Positions 1-12,002 of a stretch of 64,000 bases of DNA are shown piece after piece. The position numbers and the translations under genes are program-made. Source of the stretch: Macrostomum lignano (lineage: Eukaryota); NCBI GenBank assembly GCA_002269645.1, contig NIVC01002491.1, forward strand, positions 62,001 through 126,000, written 5' to 3'. Under the pieces are notes generated by a model that saw only the letters and a list, made by a program, of their open reading frames with translations, ran no database searches and was not told where the DNA came from. Position 1 is the first letter of the stretch. Each line of letters begins with the position of its first letter.

Positions 1-900
1 GACAATATGACATTCTCAGTATCAGAACGGCATTCCCAGTGTCAAAATGGCATTCCCAGTGTCAAAATGGCATTTTGGGTGACAACATAGCACTCCCAGT
101 GTCAAAATGGCATTTTTGGTGACAATATGGCATTCCCAGTGACAAAATGGCATTCCTAGCGTCAAAATGGCATTCCTAGTCACAAAATGGCATTCCTAGT
201 GACAAAATGGCATTCTCAGTGACAAAATGGCATTCCTAGTGACAAAATGGCATTCTCAGTGACAAAATGGCATTCCTAGTGACAAAATGGCATTCCCAGT
301 ATCAAAATGGCATTCCTAGTGTCAAAACGGCATTCCTAGTGTCAAAATGGCATTTTTGGTGACAATATGACATTCTCAGTATCAGAACGGCATTCCCAGT
401 GTCAAAATGGCATTCCCAGTGTCAAAATGGCATTTTGGGTGACAACATAGCACTCCCAGTGTCAAAATGGCATTTTTGGTGACAATATGGCATTCCCAGT
501 GACAAAATGGCATTCCTAGCGTCAAAATGGCATTCCTAGTCACAAAATGGCATTCCTAGTGACAAAATGGCATTCTCAGTGACAAAATGGCATTCCTAGT
601 ATCAAAATGGCTTCCCATTTCAGTTACAATATGGCATTCTCAGTATCAAAATGGCATTCCTAGTGTCAAAATGGCATTCCTAGTGACAAAAATGGCATTC
701 CTAGTGACAAAATGGCATTCTCAGTGACAAAATGGCATTCTCAGTGACAAAATGGCATTCCCAGTATCAAAATGGCATTCCTAGTGTCAAAACGGCATTC
801 CTAGTGTCAAAATGGCATTTTTGGTGACAATATGGTATTCCCAGTGTCAAAATGGCATTTTCAGGGTCAAAATGGCATTTTCAGTGTCAAAATGGCGTTC
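1..900. repeat. 20-bp minisatellite (cattcccagtgtcaaaatgg), probably intronic in the FUBP-like gene; contains a 360-bp higher-order duplication
   Basis: 20-nt periodicity read directly; 1-240 recurs at 361-600. Confidence 0.95.
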
Positions 901-1042
901 TCAGTATTAGAAAAACGGCAAAATGGCTTTCCTAGGAAAAAATTTTGCACGTCGAAATGGCTGCCTTAATGATAGCTCGTAAAGGGGCCCAGGGCACTCC
1001 AAAGCCTCATTGTTTAAACTATTTGAATAAATGCATCCGCAG

Positions 1043-1345
1043 GGCTCGCCAAGCCAAATCGCCGAGGCAATTCGCCTAATCTGCGAGAAAGCCGGCCTGC
1101 CCCAGCAGCCGCAGCAGCAGCAGTCGGCCGGTTTCTATGGCAACGGTGGTGGAGTTGCCGGCGCAGCCGGCGCCGGCGATTCCGCTCTGGCTCAGGAGGC
1201 TCTGCCGGCGCCGCAGTACAACAGCCAGACTGGCCAGATGGACTACAGCATGGCCTGGGCCGAGTACTACCGCAGGCAGGGCATGCACGAGTACGCTGAC
1301 GCCATTCTGCGACAGGCCGGCCAGCAGCAGCAGCCGCAGCAGCAG
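1043..1345 (+). CDS. FUBP: FUBP/KHSRP/PSI-like KH-domain RNA-binding protein, internal coding exon (gene 5'-incomplete in window)
   Basis: ccgcAG acceptor at 1041-1042, GTgtgt donor at 1346; GSPSQIAEAIRLICEK resembles the end of KH4; DYSMAWAEYYRRQG matches the C-terminal tyrosine-rich DYSxAWAEYY motif of FUBP/PSI proteins. Confidence 0.82.
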
Positions 1346-1376
1346 GTGTGTTGCGATATCCCCCCTGGTTCCTTGC

Positions 1377-1754
1377 TTATGACTGCTGGCCGCTATCCGC
1401 CCCTCTGGTCTCTCATGACAGGCCGCTATCCGCCCCGTGGTCTCTCATAACAGGCCGCTATCCGCCCCTCTGGTCTCTCATAACAGGCCGCTATCCGCCC
1501 TCTGGTCCCTCATGACTGGCCGCTATCCGCCACTTGGTCTCTCATGACTGGCCGCTATCCGCCTCTGGTCCCTCATGACTTGCCGCTATCCGCCTCTGGT
1601 CCCTCATGACTGGCCGCTATCCGCCCTCTGGTCCCTCATGACTGGCCGCTATCCGCCCCTTGGTCTCTCATAACAGGCCGCTATCCGCCCCCTGGTCCGT
1701 CATGACTGGCCGCTATCCGCCCCCTGGTCTCTCATAGCTGGCCGCTATCCGTCC
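1377..1754. repeat. 31-33-bp minisatellite (ctcatgactggccgctatccgcccctctggtc) in FUBP-like intron 1346-1852
   Basis: Tandem copies read directly. Confidence 0.9.
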
Positions 1755-1852
1755 TTTTATATATATCCTACCCCTGTTGAGTTTCTGTCTGCCCACTCTA
1801 GTCGCAAGTAGCTGAAATCGAATATATACATTAGGCAACATCCTGTCTGCAG

Positions 1853-2188
1853 GACCAACAGTGGCAGCAGTGGCAGCAGTGGCAGGCCTGGCAGAACGGC
1901 GGCCAGAACCAGCAGCAGGCGGCTGCCGGCGCCGGAGCGGCCGGGGCCCAGCAGCAGCAGCCGGGCAGCCAGCCGGGCGGTCAGGCCCAGCAGCAGGCGG
2001 CGACCGCCTGGGCTGGCGGCGGCTGGCAGCCGACTGGAGCTGCCGGAGCCGCGGCTGCTGGCGGAGGAGCCGGCGGAGGCTGGGATCCGGCTGGCGATGT
2101 TGCCCAGCAGGCCGCCGCAGCCTGGGGCGGACCGGACGCTGGCGGCCAGCAGCAGAACTGGTGGTACGGCAACAATAGCGGCCGGTGA
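1853..2188 (+). CDS. FUBP: FUBP-like probable last coding exon (Q/G/A/W-rich tail DQQWQQWQQW...NWWYGNNSGR*)
   Basis: ctgcAG acceptor at 1851-1852; phase 0 matches the preceding exon; open to TGA at 2186-2188, which overlaps a GTGAGC donor-like sequence. Confidence 0.7.
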   Translation, partial: DQQWQQWQQWQAWQNGGQNQQQAAAGAGAAGAQQQQPGSQPGGQAQQQAATAWAGGGWQPTGAAGAAAAGGGAGGGWDPAGDVAQQAAAAWGGPDAGGQQQNWWYGNNSGR

Positions 2189-2215
2189 GCGGGCAGAGCG
2201 CTGATTTGGTGGGGG

Positions 2216-3160
2216 AATTGGGATACTTCACATTCGGAGTTGGGGTATTTACATTCGGAGTTGGGGTATTCACAATCGGAATTGGGGTATTCACATTCGG
2301 AGTTGGGGTATTCACAATCGGAGTTAGGGTATTCACATTCGGAGTTGGGGTATTCACATTTGGAGTTGGAGTATTTACATTCGGAGTTGGGGTATTCGCA
2401 ATCGGAATTGGGGTATTCACAATCGGAGTTGGGGTATTCAAATTCGGAGTTGAGGTATTCGCAATCGGAATTGGGGTATTCATATTCGGAGTTGGGGTAT
2501 TCACATTCGGAATTGGGGTATTCACAATCGGAGTTGGGGTATTCACATTCGGAGTTGGGGTATTCACATTCAGAGTTGGGGTATTCACATTCGGAGTTGG
2601 GGTATTCGCAATCGGAATTGGGGTATTCACATTCGGAGTTGGGGTATTCACAATCGGAGTTGGGGCATTCACAATCGGAATTGGGGTATTCACAATCGGA
2701 ATTAGGGCATTCACATTAGGAGTTGGGGTATTCACAATCGGAGTTGGGGCATTCACAATCGGAATTGGGGCATTCACATTCGGAGTTGGGGTATTCACAT
2801 TCGGAGTTAGGGTATTCACTATCGGAATTAGGGCATTCACATTAGGAGTTAGGGTATTCACAATCGGAGTTAGGGTATTCACATTCGGAGTTAAGGTATT
2901 CACAATCGGAATCGGGGTATTTACATTAGGAGTTGGGGTATTCACATTAGGAGTTGGGGTATTCACATTAGGAGTTGGGGCATTCACATTCGGAGTTGGG
3001 GTATTCACATTAGGAGTTGGGGTATTCACATTAGGAGTTGGGGCATTCACATTCGGAGTTGGGGTATTCACATTAGGAGTTGGGGCATTCACATTCGGAG
3101 TTGGGGTATTCACATTCGGAGTTGGGGTATTCACAATCGGAATTGGGGTATTCCCATTCC
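2216..3160. repeat. 21-bp minisatellite (ggggtattcacattcggagtt), about 45 copies
   Basis: Direct periodicity; explains the GVFTFGV and TPTPNVN repeat ORFs. Confidence 0.95.
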
Positions 3161-5018
3161 GAATCGGGCTGCGACACTTTCTACGAAAATTAATTGTTCC
3201 CACCAATCAACCTATGAAACCATTCCAGGTAAAATGTACGTGCTATACCTTAGCAACAGAGGTTGAGGCTCTGTCAGCTGCCGAGGCGCTGGGGCTGTAG
3301 CCGTCTCTGCCCCTCCATCTCACTATCTGGTGTGGCGAGTCGCCTGCAGTTAAAAAATCTGAACACTTATTAAAAAATTCGCTTATTAAACATCCCAGTA
3401 GAGCTAGTTGGCCGCAGATTTATTCCCATAATAAAAATGGCTAATCAATTTAAGGTTAATTGGTTAACGCGGGAGTTCTAGGAATTAATTGACCCCTCTT
3501 CTGTTCTATTTTTAGCTCTGTGCAACTGCCCTGGGAGTTTCCCGAGCAAGCTATATTGGTTTTTAACTTTTGACGTGGTGTTTTCTCTCTTCATCTGGCC
3601 CCCTGCTCTGCTTGTCTGTAACTATGCTTACTCAGTTAAGTTTTTAAATTCAAACAAAATCATTGCGAAACATTAAAATTAATTTAACGAGGATTAACAA
3701 CCTTCCGTTTGGAGGGGGTGAAAATAATCGTTTATCTTTAATCAACTGGACTGATTCTGTGTTTTCTGTTTCATCTGACTCCCCTCTCTCCCCTTCTAAT
3801 TATCGCATCAATAAGTAGTTTGGTAGATTTGTACTTTTACTAATTTAGCTTCTCACGCTTATCCTTGCTTATGGTAATAATACAACAGGCTCAATGCGTC
3901 CCCACTCCAGCGCACTCTGCTTATTATACTATAATAACACATAATATACTACTTATATTGATTTTACTAGCAGTAGTCACACTAATTCCCCTCTGATCGT
4001 GTTTATTCTATCTGTTGTTGTTGCGCGTTTCAAAGTTAATTAATTTTGTTGTCCTGGAGTTGTGCAGCCGGTTCTTATTTTACAATAATGCTATATTAAT
4101 ATTATTATTATTCATGTTGCCGCTATCAAACTCGTAGCTAGCAGGGAGCTGTGCCCGTTTTTAACTGTTTTGCTTGTCAGTTGTTTGTTTGTCTGTCTCA
4201 CACCTTAGCTGCTTAAGATTCAATTTGTGTTGCGTCGGCACTGGAAGCCAAGAATGCAGTGATTTTTTAGAGACTGAAGCCATCCATCTTTTGTCATTGG
4301 GAGATGTCCGTCAGCTTAACCTGTTTGTTTAACTCTCTGTGTGTAGCATTTTTTATTTCTTTACTTCCTCGATAATATATTAATTAATGTGTTTGACAGA
4401 CAGATGATTGCCTGAACCGGTTTAACTGAAGGGGTTCCACAGCGATCCTGATTACATTTGCTTACCGTTAATGATAATAATAATAATGTTAGTCTCTCTG
4501 CGTCTCTCACTTACCTGTGCTGGCTAATTGTTTGACTAAGTTTATTTTTTCCGGCTTTGCAATAAAACTTAAACAAAACACAAATTGCGCACGCTCTGTC
4601 TCCCTCTCTCTGTCCCATGCTGCGTTGATCTGCGGGCGTTTTTTAAAATTATAAAGTCCAAACTTGAAGCTGTTTGTTTAGCATGTGTGTTTTTTAAAGT
4701 TTGTCATTTTACTTTCTTTTTGTGTCAGCTTTGCTGTTCCAAATTTGTCTGTTCTCTATCTGTCATCTATTTAAGATTCAAACTACAACTAAAATGCTGA
4801 GTTAAAAGCACCAGGCAAATTTAAGTAATCATTTTGCTGCAAAAGGCTCTTTGTCTTATGATAAATCCGTTTTACTGCGCGTCTCTCTTTTGGTTATTTT
4901 TCATTTTCCTGTGTCAAATATTTCTCTATAAACAGGAGTAAATTCTTGTTAAAGACCTTGCCTGAAAAAGAACTGCAGCTTGTTAATAGATCTTTAAAAG
5001 ACCTATGTGTACGAGCAG

Positions 5019-7845
5019 CATACTTGCAACATGCATTCTAATAATAGATCACCAATGGCCGGAAACCCATACTTGCAACATGCGTTCTAATAATAGATCA
5101 CCAATGGCCGGAAACCCATACTTGCAACATGCATTCTAATAATAGATCACCAATGGCCGGAAACCCATACTTGCAACATGCGTTCTAATAATAGATCACC
5201 AATGGCCGGAAACCCATACTTGCAACATGCATTCTAATAATAGATCACCAATGGCCGGAAACCCATACTTGCAACATGCGTTCTAATAATAGATCACCAA
5301 TGGCCGGAAACCCATACTTGCAACATGCATTCTAATAATAGATCACCAATGGCCGGAAACCCATACTTGCAACATGCATTCTAATAATAGATCACCAATG
5401 GCCGGAAACCCATACTTGCAACATGCATTCTAATAATAGATCACCAATGGCCGGAAACCCATACTTGCAACATGCATTCTAATAATAGATCACCAATGGC
5501 CGGAAACCCATACTTGCAACATGCATTCTAATAATAGATCACCAATGGCCGGAAACCCATACTTGCAACATGCATTCTAATAATAGATCACCAATGGCCG
5601 GAAACCCATACTTGCAACATGCATTCTAATAATAGATCACCAATGGCCGGAAACCCATACTTGCAACATGCATTCTAATAATAGATCACCAATGGCCGGA
5701 AACCCATACTTGCAACATGCGTTCTAATAATAGATCACCAATGGCCGGAAACCCATACTTGCAACATGCGTTCTAATAATAGATCACCAATGGCCGGAAA
5801 CCCATACTTGCAACATGCATTCTAATAATAGATCACCAATGGCCGGAAACCCATACTTGCAACATGCATTCTAATAATAGATCACCAATGGCCGGAAACC
5901 CATACTTGCAACATGCGTTCTAATAATAGATCACCAATGGCCGGAAACCCATACTTGCAACATGCATTCTAATAATAGATCACCAATGGCCGGAAACCCA
6001 TACTTGCAACATGCATTCTAATAATAGATCACCAATGGCCGGAAACCCATACTTGCAACATGCATTCTAATAATAGATCACCAATGGCCGGAAACCCATA
6101 CTTGCAACATGCATTCTAATAATAGATCACCAATGGCCGGAAACCCATACTTGCAACATGCGTTCTAATAATAGATCACCAATGGCCGGAAACCCATACT
6201 TGCAACATGCGTTCTAATAATAGATCACCAATGGCCGGAAACCCATACTTGCAACATGCATTCTAATAATAGATCACCAATGGCCGGAAACCCATACTTG
6301 CAACATGCATTCTAATAATAGATCACCAATGGCCGGAAACCCATACTTGCAACATGCGTTCTAATAATAGATCACCAATGGCCGGAAACCCATACTTGCA
6401 ACATGCATTCTAATAATAGATCACCAATGGCCGGAAACCCATACTTGCAACATGCATTCTAATAATAGATCACCAATGGCCGGAAACCCATACTTGCAAC
6501 ATGCATTCTAATAATAGATCACCAATGGCCGGAAACCCATACTTGCAACATGCATTCTAATAATAGATCACCAATGGCCGGAAACCCATACTTGCAACAT
6601 GCGTTCTAATAATAGATCACCAATGGCCGGAAACCCATACTTGCAACATGCGTTCTAATAATAGATCACCAATGGCCGGAAACCCATACTTGCAACATGC
6701 ATTCTAATAATAGATCACCAATGGCCGGAAACCCATACTTGCAACATGCGTTCTAATAATAGATCACCAATGGCCGGAAACCCATACTTGCAACATGCAT
6801 TCTAATAATAGATCACCAATGGCCGGAAACCCATACTTGCAACATGCGTTCTAATAATAGATCACCAATGGCCGGAAACCCATACTTGCAACATGCATTC
6901 TAATAATAGATCACCAATGGCCGGAAACCCATACTTGCAACATGCATTCTAATAATAGATCACCAATGGCCGGAAACCCATACTTGCAACATGCATTCTA
7001 ATAATAGATCACCAATGGCCGGAAACCCATACTTGCAACATGCGTTCTAATAATAGATCACCAATGGCCGGAAACCCATACTTGCAACATGCATTCTAAT
7101 AATAGATCACCAATGGCCGGAAACCCATACTTGCAACATGCGTTCTAATAATAGATCACCAATGGCCGGAAACCCATACTTGCAACATGCATTCTAATAA
7201 TAGATCACCAATGGCCGGAAACCCATACTTGCAACATGCATTCTAATAATAGATCACCAATGGCCGGAAACCCATACTTGCAACATGCATTCTAATAATA
7301 GATCACCAATGGCCGGAAACCCATACTTGCAACATGCATTCTAATAATAGATCACCAATGGCCGGAAACCCATACTTGCAACATGCGTTCTAATAATAGA
7401 TCACCAATGGCCGGAAACCCATACTTGCAACATGCGTTCTAATAATAGATCACCAATGGCCGGAAACCCATACTTGCAACATGCATTCTAATAATAGATC
7501 ACCAATGGCCGGAAACCCATACTTGCAACATGCGTTCTAATAATAGATCACCAATGGCCGGAAACCCATACTTGCAACATGCATTCTAATAATAGATCAC
7601 CAATGGCCGGAAACCCATACTTGCAACATGCATTCTAATAATAGATCACCATTGGCCGGAAACCCATACTTGCAACATGCATTCTAATAATAGATCAACA
7701 ATGGCCGGAAACCCATACTTGCAACATGCATTCTAATAATAGATCACCAATGGCCGGAAACCCATACTTGCAACATGCATTCTAATAATAGATCACCAAT
7801 GGCCGGAAACCCATACTTGCAACATGCATTCTAATAATAGATCAC
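5019..7845. repeat. 49-bp tandem array (catacttgcaacatgc[a/g]ttctaataatagatcaccaatggccggaaacc), about 58 copies, followed by degenerate related units to about 8012
   Basis: Near-identical units with no spacers; essentially one recurrent A/G variant position. Confidence 0.97.
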
Positions 7846-8012
7846 GATTAATAACTTCAGGGGAACCCATATTTGACACGCACATTCTAAAAATAGAACA
7901 ATAACTTGGGGAAACCAATATTTGAGACGCACATTAAAAATAGAACAATAACTGCGGGAAACCCATATTTGAGACGTGCATTCTAAAAATAGAACAATAA
8001 CTACGGGAAACC

Positions 8013-8828
8013 ACCTGTTTCCACCTGTTCAAGAGTCACCACTCTGCCCTGTGCGCGCCCTGCGGTCTCACCTGCACCTGTCACCAGCCAGCGACCCAAG
8101 GGCGCCACTGTTTGGCTACGGCCTCGGAGGCGAGCTCTTAGCCAGCCAGTTCATCAGCTGTCTTCGTGCGTGTCTGGCTGCGTGCGGCCTTCCAGCTGCT
8201 GGTTTCTCCGGCCACAGCATCCGGCGTGGGGGTGCCAGCTTCTGCCATCAAATCGGCTTGTCAGATTCGGACGTTCGGGCTCTTGGGGGCTGGAGATCGG
8301 ACGCTGTTCTCCGCTACCTTTCTGCCAGCTCTACCCTGTCGCGCCGCCAGCGCTCTGCTTCGTTCATGGCTTCGCAGCTGCAGGCTGCGTCCACCTGACT
8401 GCCTTCCCGCTTTTACTCCTTCCCTTCCCCATCATTGGGGTTGGGATCCGCTTTCTCGGCCGCTGCCTGCTTTTCGCAACTGATTTGTCTCGCTTGGCTC
8501 CTTCCGGCGTGTTTAATGCAATCGTTACTCTCTGAGTAAGGGGTGTTAGACACGCCGGAGGGTGCCGCTGTACATATCGCTGTACTTTGGTGGGGGGTTG
8601 AGGTGTGGGGGTGTTGGCCGCGCCGGCCAGCTTAAAGCCTCTGCACCCGGCTGGCTTGGCTCCGCCGCCATTTCTCAATTTTTTATCTCCTTTTTACGAA
8701 CCAATAAATATTAACTCGTTTAAACTAAGAAATAAACGCTTCGCTTGATCCACTGGGATCCGCTTTCTCGGCCGCTGCCTGCTTTTCGCAACTGATTTGT
8801 CTCGTTTGGCTCCTTCCGGCGTGTTTAA
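8013..8828 (+). mobile_element. 5'-truncated tyrosine-recombinase retrotransposon (Ngaro/DIRS group): YR C-terminus plus B1-A2-B2 split-direct-repeat 3' end
   Basis: CPVRAL...HSIRRGGA...GGWRSDAVLRYL carries the H-x-x-R, W and Y catalytic motifs, stop at 8398; 75-bp direct repeats at 8442-8516 and 8754-8828 (1 mismatch) flank a 237-bp A segment containing AATAAA. Confidence 0.85.
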
Positions 8829-11800
8829 CTGCGGGAAACCCATATTTGAGACGTGCATTCTAAAAATAGAACAATAACTACCGGAAACCGTATTCGAAGC
8901 GATCAAAAAATACGTTTAACTTCAAGTCGGACGGCTTCGATATCTATGGCAACTCTCAACCGACTGTCTTGTCTGATGCTTTATTTTAAAGCTCAACTTG
9001 TGTTCTAATAGCTCATAAAAATAAACTTCACTAAATGATTCGCCTTGGCTTGGCTTTGGTGCTAAGGGAACTACAGTTAATGGAGACATTGTCTATCTTG
9101 GCTATGCAGAATAGAAGGCCTGAACAACATTGATTCCTTCACTAAGACTGTGCTCCAGTCCACAAAGCTCGGGATGTCAAGAGCTTCTTGGCTTAGTGTG
9201 GAATTTGTGATTTGCTCCATCCTCCATCCCGCCCCCTGATTTGGCACCGGCTTGGTTTTTTTTCCTTTTCCCAACCATTAAACAAGAGCTGGGCGGTGTT
9301 GCCATCAATGGCAGCGCAGCCAAGGTGGCCTGGGAACGTGCGTGCTGCCGCCTTCATCGAGAAGTCTTCTCGTCGGCGTTCAATCTGTTAGATCAAAGTT
9401 CTTCAAAAGTGCGTTGAAGTGAATGGGGAACTTCGTTGGGAAAAGCTGTACGCCTGAAAAGGAGAATCAGTCGGAATGAACTTATGTGTGGAGCATGGTT
9501 GAAGCCAATTGAGAATTGGACATGATTGACAACCAGAACTATTTTCTGTTGCAATGGTTTGCATGATTGTTGTTACTAAGACTCAGAGCAAAAGTTTGAG
9601 CTTTAAATCTGTGACTAAGAAAAAACTTTTCTGATCTGAAATTAAATGTAAATTTTAAATTAGCCACTCTTTTGTCTAACGAACAGCTGCTAGGCGAGAT
9701 ATTTACGATTATTGCCATTTTGGGTCAGGGTACACTCTGTACTTTAGCAAGCTGTGTAGCCAAGGCAAAACATTCAGTGAAGTTGAATTTTAATGAGCTA
9801 TTTACAACACAGAACTTACACAGAATGCTCAATCGGCAAGTTTTTAGGGTGAACACTGCGTCGAAATAGATACGCGCATAGACTACTTTTTCCATGAAGG
9901 AATTCGAGTAACCCGTAGCGAGCATTGAAATCCGTTTTAAGCAGAAGCAAATCTCAACAAGTCAGCCTAGTCTCAGATAGCTTGCGTATATGCCATAGAC
10001 AGCGGACTGTGTCTTTCGGCGCCTATCTTTGAGTCTTTGAGTCACATCGTTTTAGGTCATGAAATGTATACATTAGTGTCCCTGCTTCTGGAAATATGTA
10101 AACGGCATATGTGACTTTGAACAGAAACAGAAACAAGAGCTGACACCATATAAGCCAACACACAACCATAGATCTTATATTCACTAGTGCGAAAAACCCC
10201 GACATGGGTTGCTTAAATTTTGAGTTATAGTTAGCCTAGGCGTGTTGAAACGGGGAGAAACGCACAGCATCCCGCCCGCTGCAATAATCTATGGCCAACT
10301 TCAATAAGTAAAAAAACTCGTATGTATATAAGTATCTAGTTTTATGTCTATTTTAAAAGTAAAGCTTAGTGCTGCTTAATAATTCTTAGTATCAGTTACT
10401 ATTTTTTAAATTCGCAAAATAGGAGTTTTTGTCATAGACATTTTTGGATTTCATAATTTTTTTCTTTGTCTAGAGTGCTGGTGTGCTTATGTGGGGGCTC
10501 CGCCCATACACCCCCGTAAGGGTGCTCAGCGCCCCCTTGACCACGCTTTCTTCTGACTTTGCCATAGACATTTTCAGCGGGCCGTGAAACCGACTGAATG
10601 CATAGGAGTAAATGGGATTTTACCATAGACAGTCTCAGTGGCCCGTGAAACGCGGTTTTATAACACTAATATGGATGGGCCGCATCGGGCGAAACGAGCT
10701 AACACTCCTCGGCGCTGCGCGCCTCGGCGTTATAGCTCATTTCTGCCCTCTGCAGCCCATCAATATTGGTATATTGTGTATATATGATTTTTGCACACAA
10801 CAAGCAATACGAGCGTAAGTAGATGGATAAGTGACTGTTTGGAAGAGGGGATTTTTTATCAGTAGAAAGATGATAACAATGTACACGCCCCAGCAATTTG
10901 CTCGTAAAATGTATCAAACAGTTGCTGTTTAAAGCTGAACTCAAAATGTCAGTGGTACGGAAACGAGGCTTCAATTTCTGCAATCGTCTCAAGCAAGCCT
11001 CCGTTCGGTGCCTTGATTTTTCATAACCTCTAAGTAAATCGCTTAATAAAAAAGTACAATTTAAACTTTTATCGAGCTAGCAAGGATAAGTTACAACGAA
11101 AAACTTCAATGCCTTTCTAAAGCAAGCATAAGTCGACGGCTTTCATTCTTTTTCTCTATTCCAATACAAGCTCAGATCGCTTCACATATACATGTAAAAT
11201 CCCATCTAGTAGAGACTTTTTACCATAGACAATGCTTTCATGCGGGCCTTGAAAAAAAATCCTACCAAGTTTAAGTTCTGCGTCCAGAGTTTTTTAGTAG
11301 TCCTTGGCACGCGAATGCATTTCGGAGTCATGGACATAGACTGATTGAGCATTCTGTGCAAGTTCTGTGATTTAGAACACAAGTTGAGCTTAAAATGACG
11401 CGTCACACGACAAGAAAATCGGTTGAGAATTGCCACAGATATCGAGGTCGTCCGACTTGAAGTTGAACGCATCTAGCGGAAAAATACCCTGCGGGAAACA
11501 TAAATTTCTGCAACTCTCCATTTGTGCTTCAAGGCTTTAAGCAGACCTCTACTAAATCATCTAGGTTAAAATTCCATACATTAAAGCTTGTATAATTTCA
11601 GCTCTCAAGTTTGCTAAACATTTTTATTTTTTCACTGCTTGCTCGCCCTGTGTTCGCCACCTCACTTCGGGCAAGCAGAACTTCAGCTTTCTGGTCAGAA
11701 ATTTATCTAGAAAAGTTTTCGTTAAAAATCATAAAATTTCAACTTGGGCTCATTTTTTATCACTAACAGTTTGATAACCAGAAATATGCACTTTTTCTGT

Positions 11801-12002
11801 ATGTCATATACTTACATTTTTATTGCCCGTGCAACAGCAGTGTTTTTATCAGTGCTAACTGGCTAAACGCATGATCATGTAACCTTTTAGTCACGAAAAA
11901 CTGTTTCTAAGCGTCGAAACAAGATTTGAAAAGGCGAGAAGACAGTGCTTGCAGAAATGCGACATCAATGCCATTGAGATCTGCTAGAGACTGGGCAGCG
12001 GA

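Noticed and set aside
1713-3300. 497-aa and 371-aa ORFs (TPTPNVN / GVFTFGV)
   Set aside because: Translations of a 21-bp minisatellite, open in several frames on both strands
5019-7845. CRISPR-like regular array
   Set aside because: Units are contiguous with no unique spacers; eukaryotic context; no cas genes
9077-9460. Possible pseudogene or transposase remnant on the minus strand
   Set aside because: Coding-like stretch with stops, but no motif I can recognise; needs BLASTX
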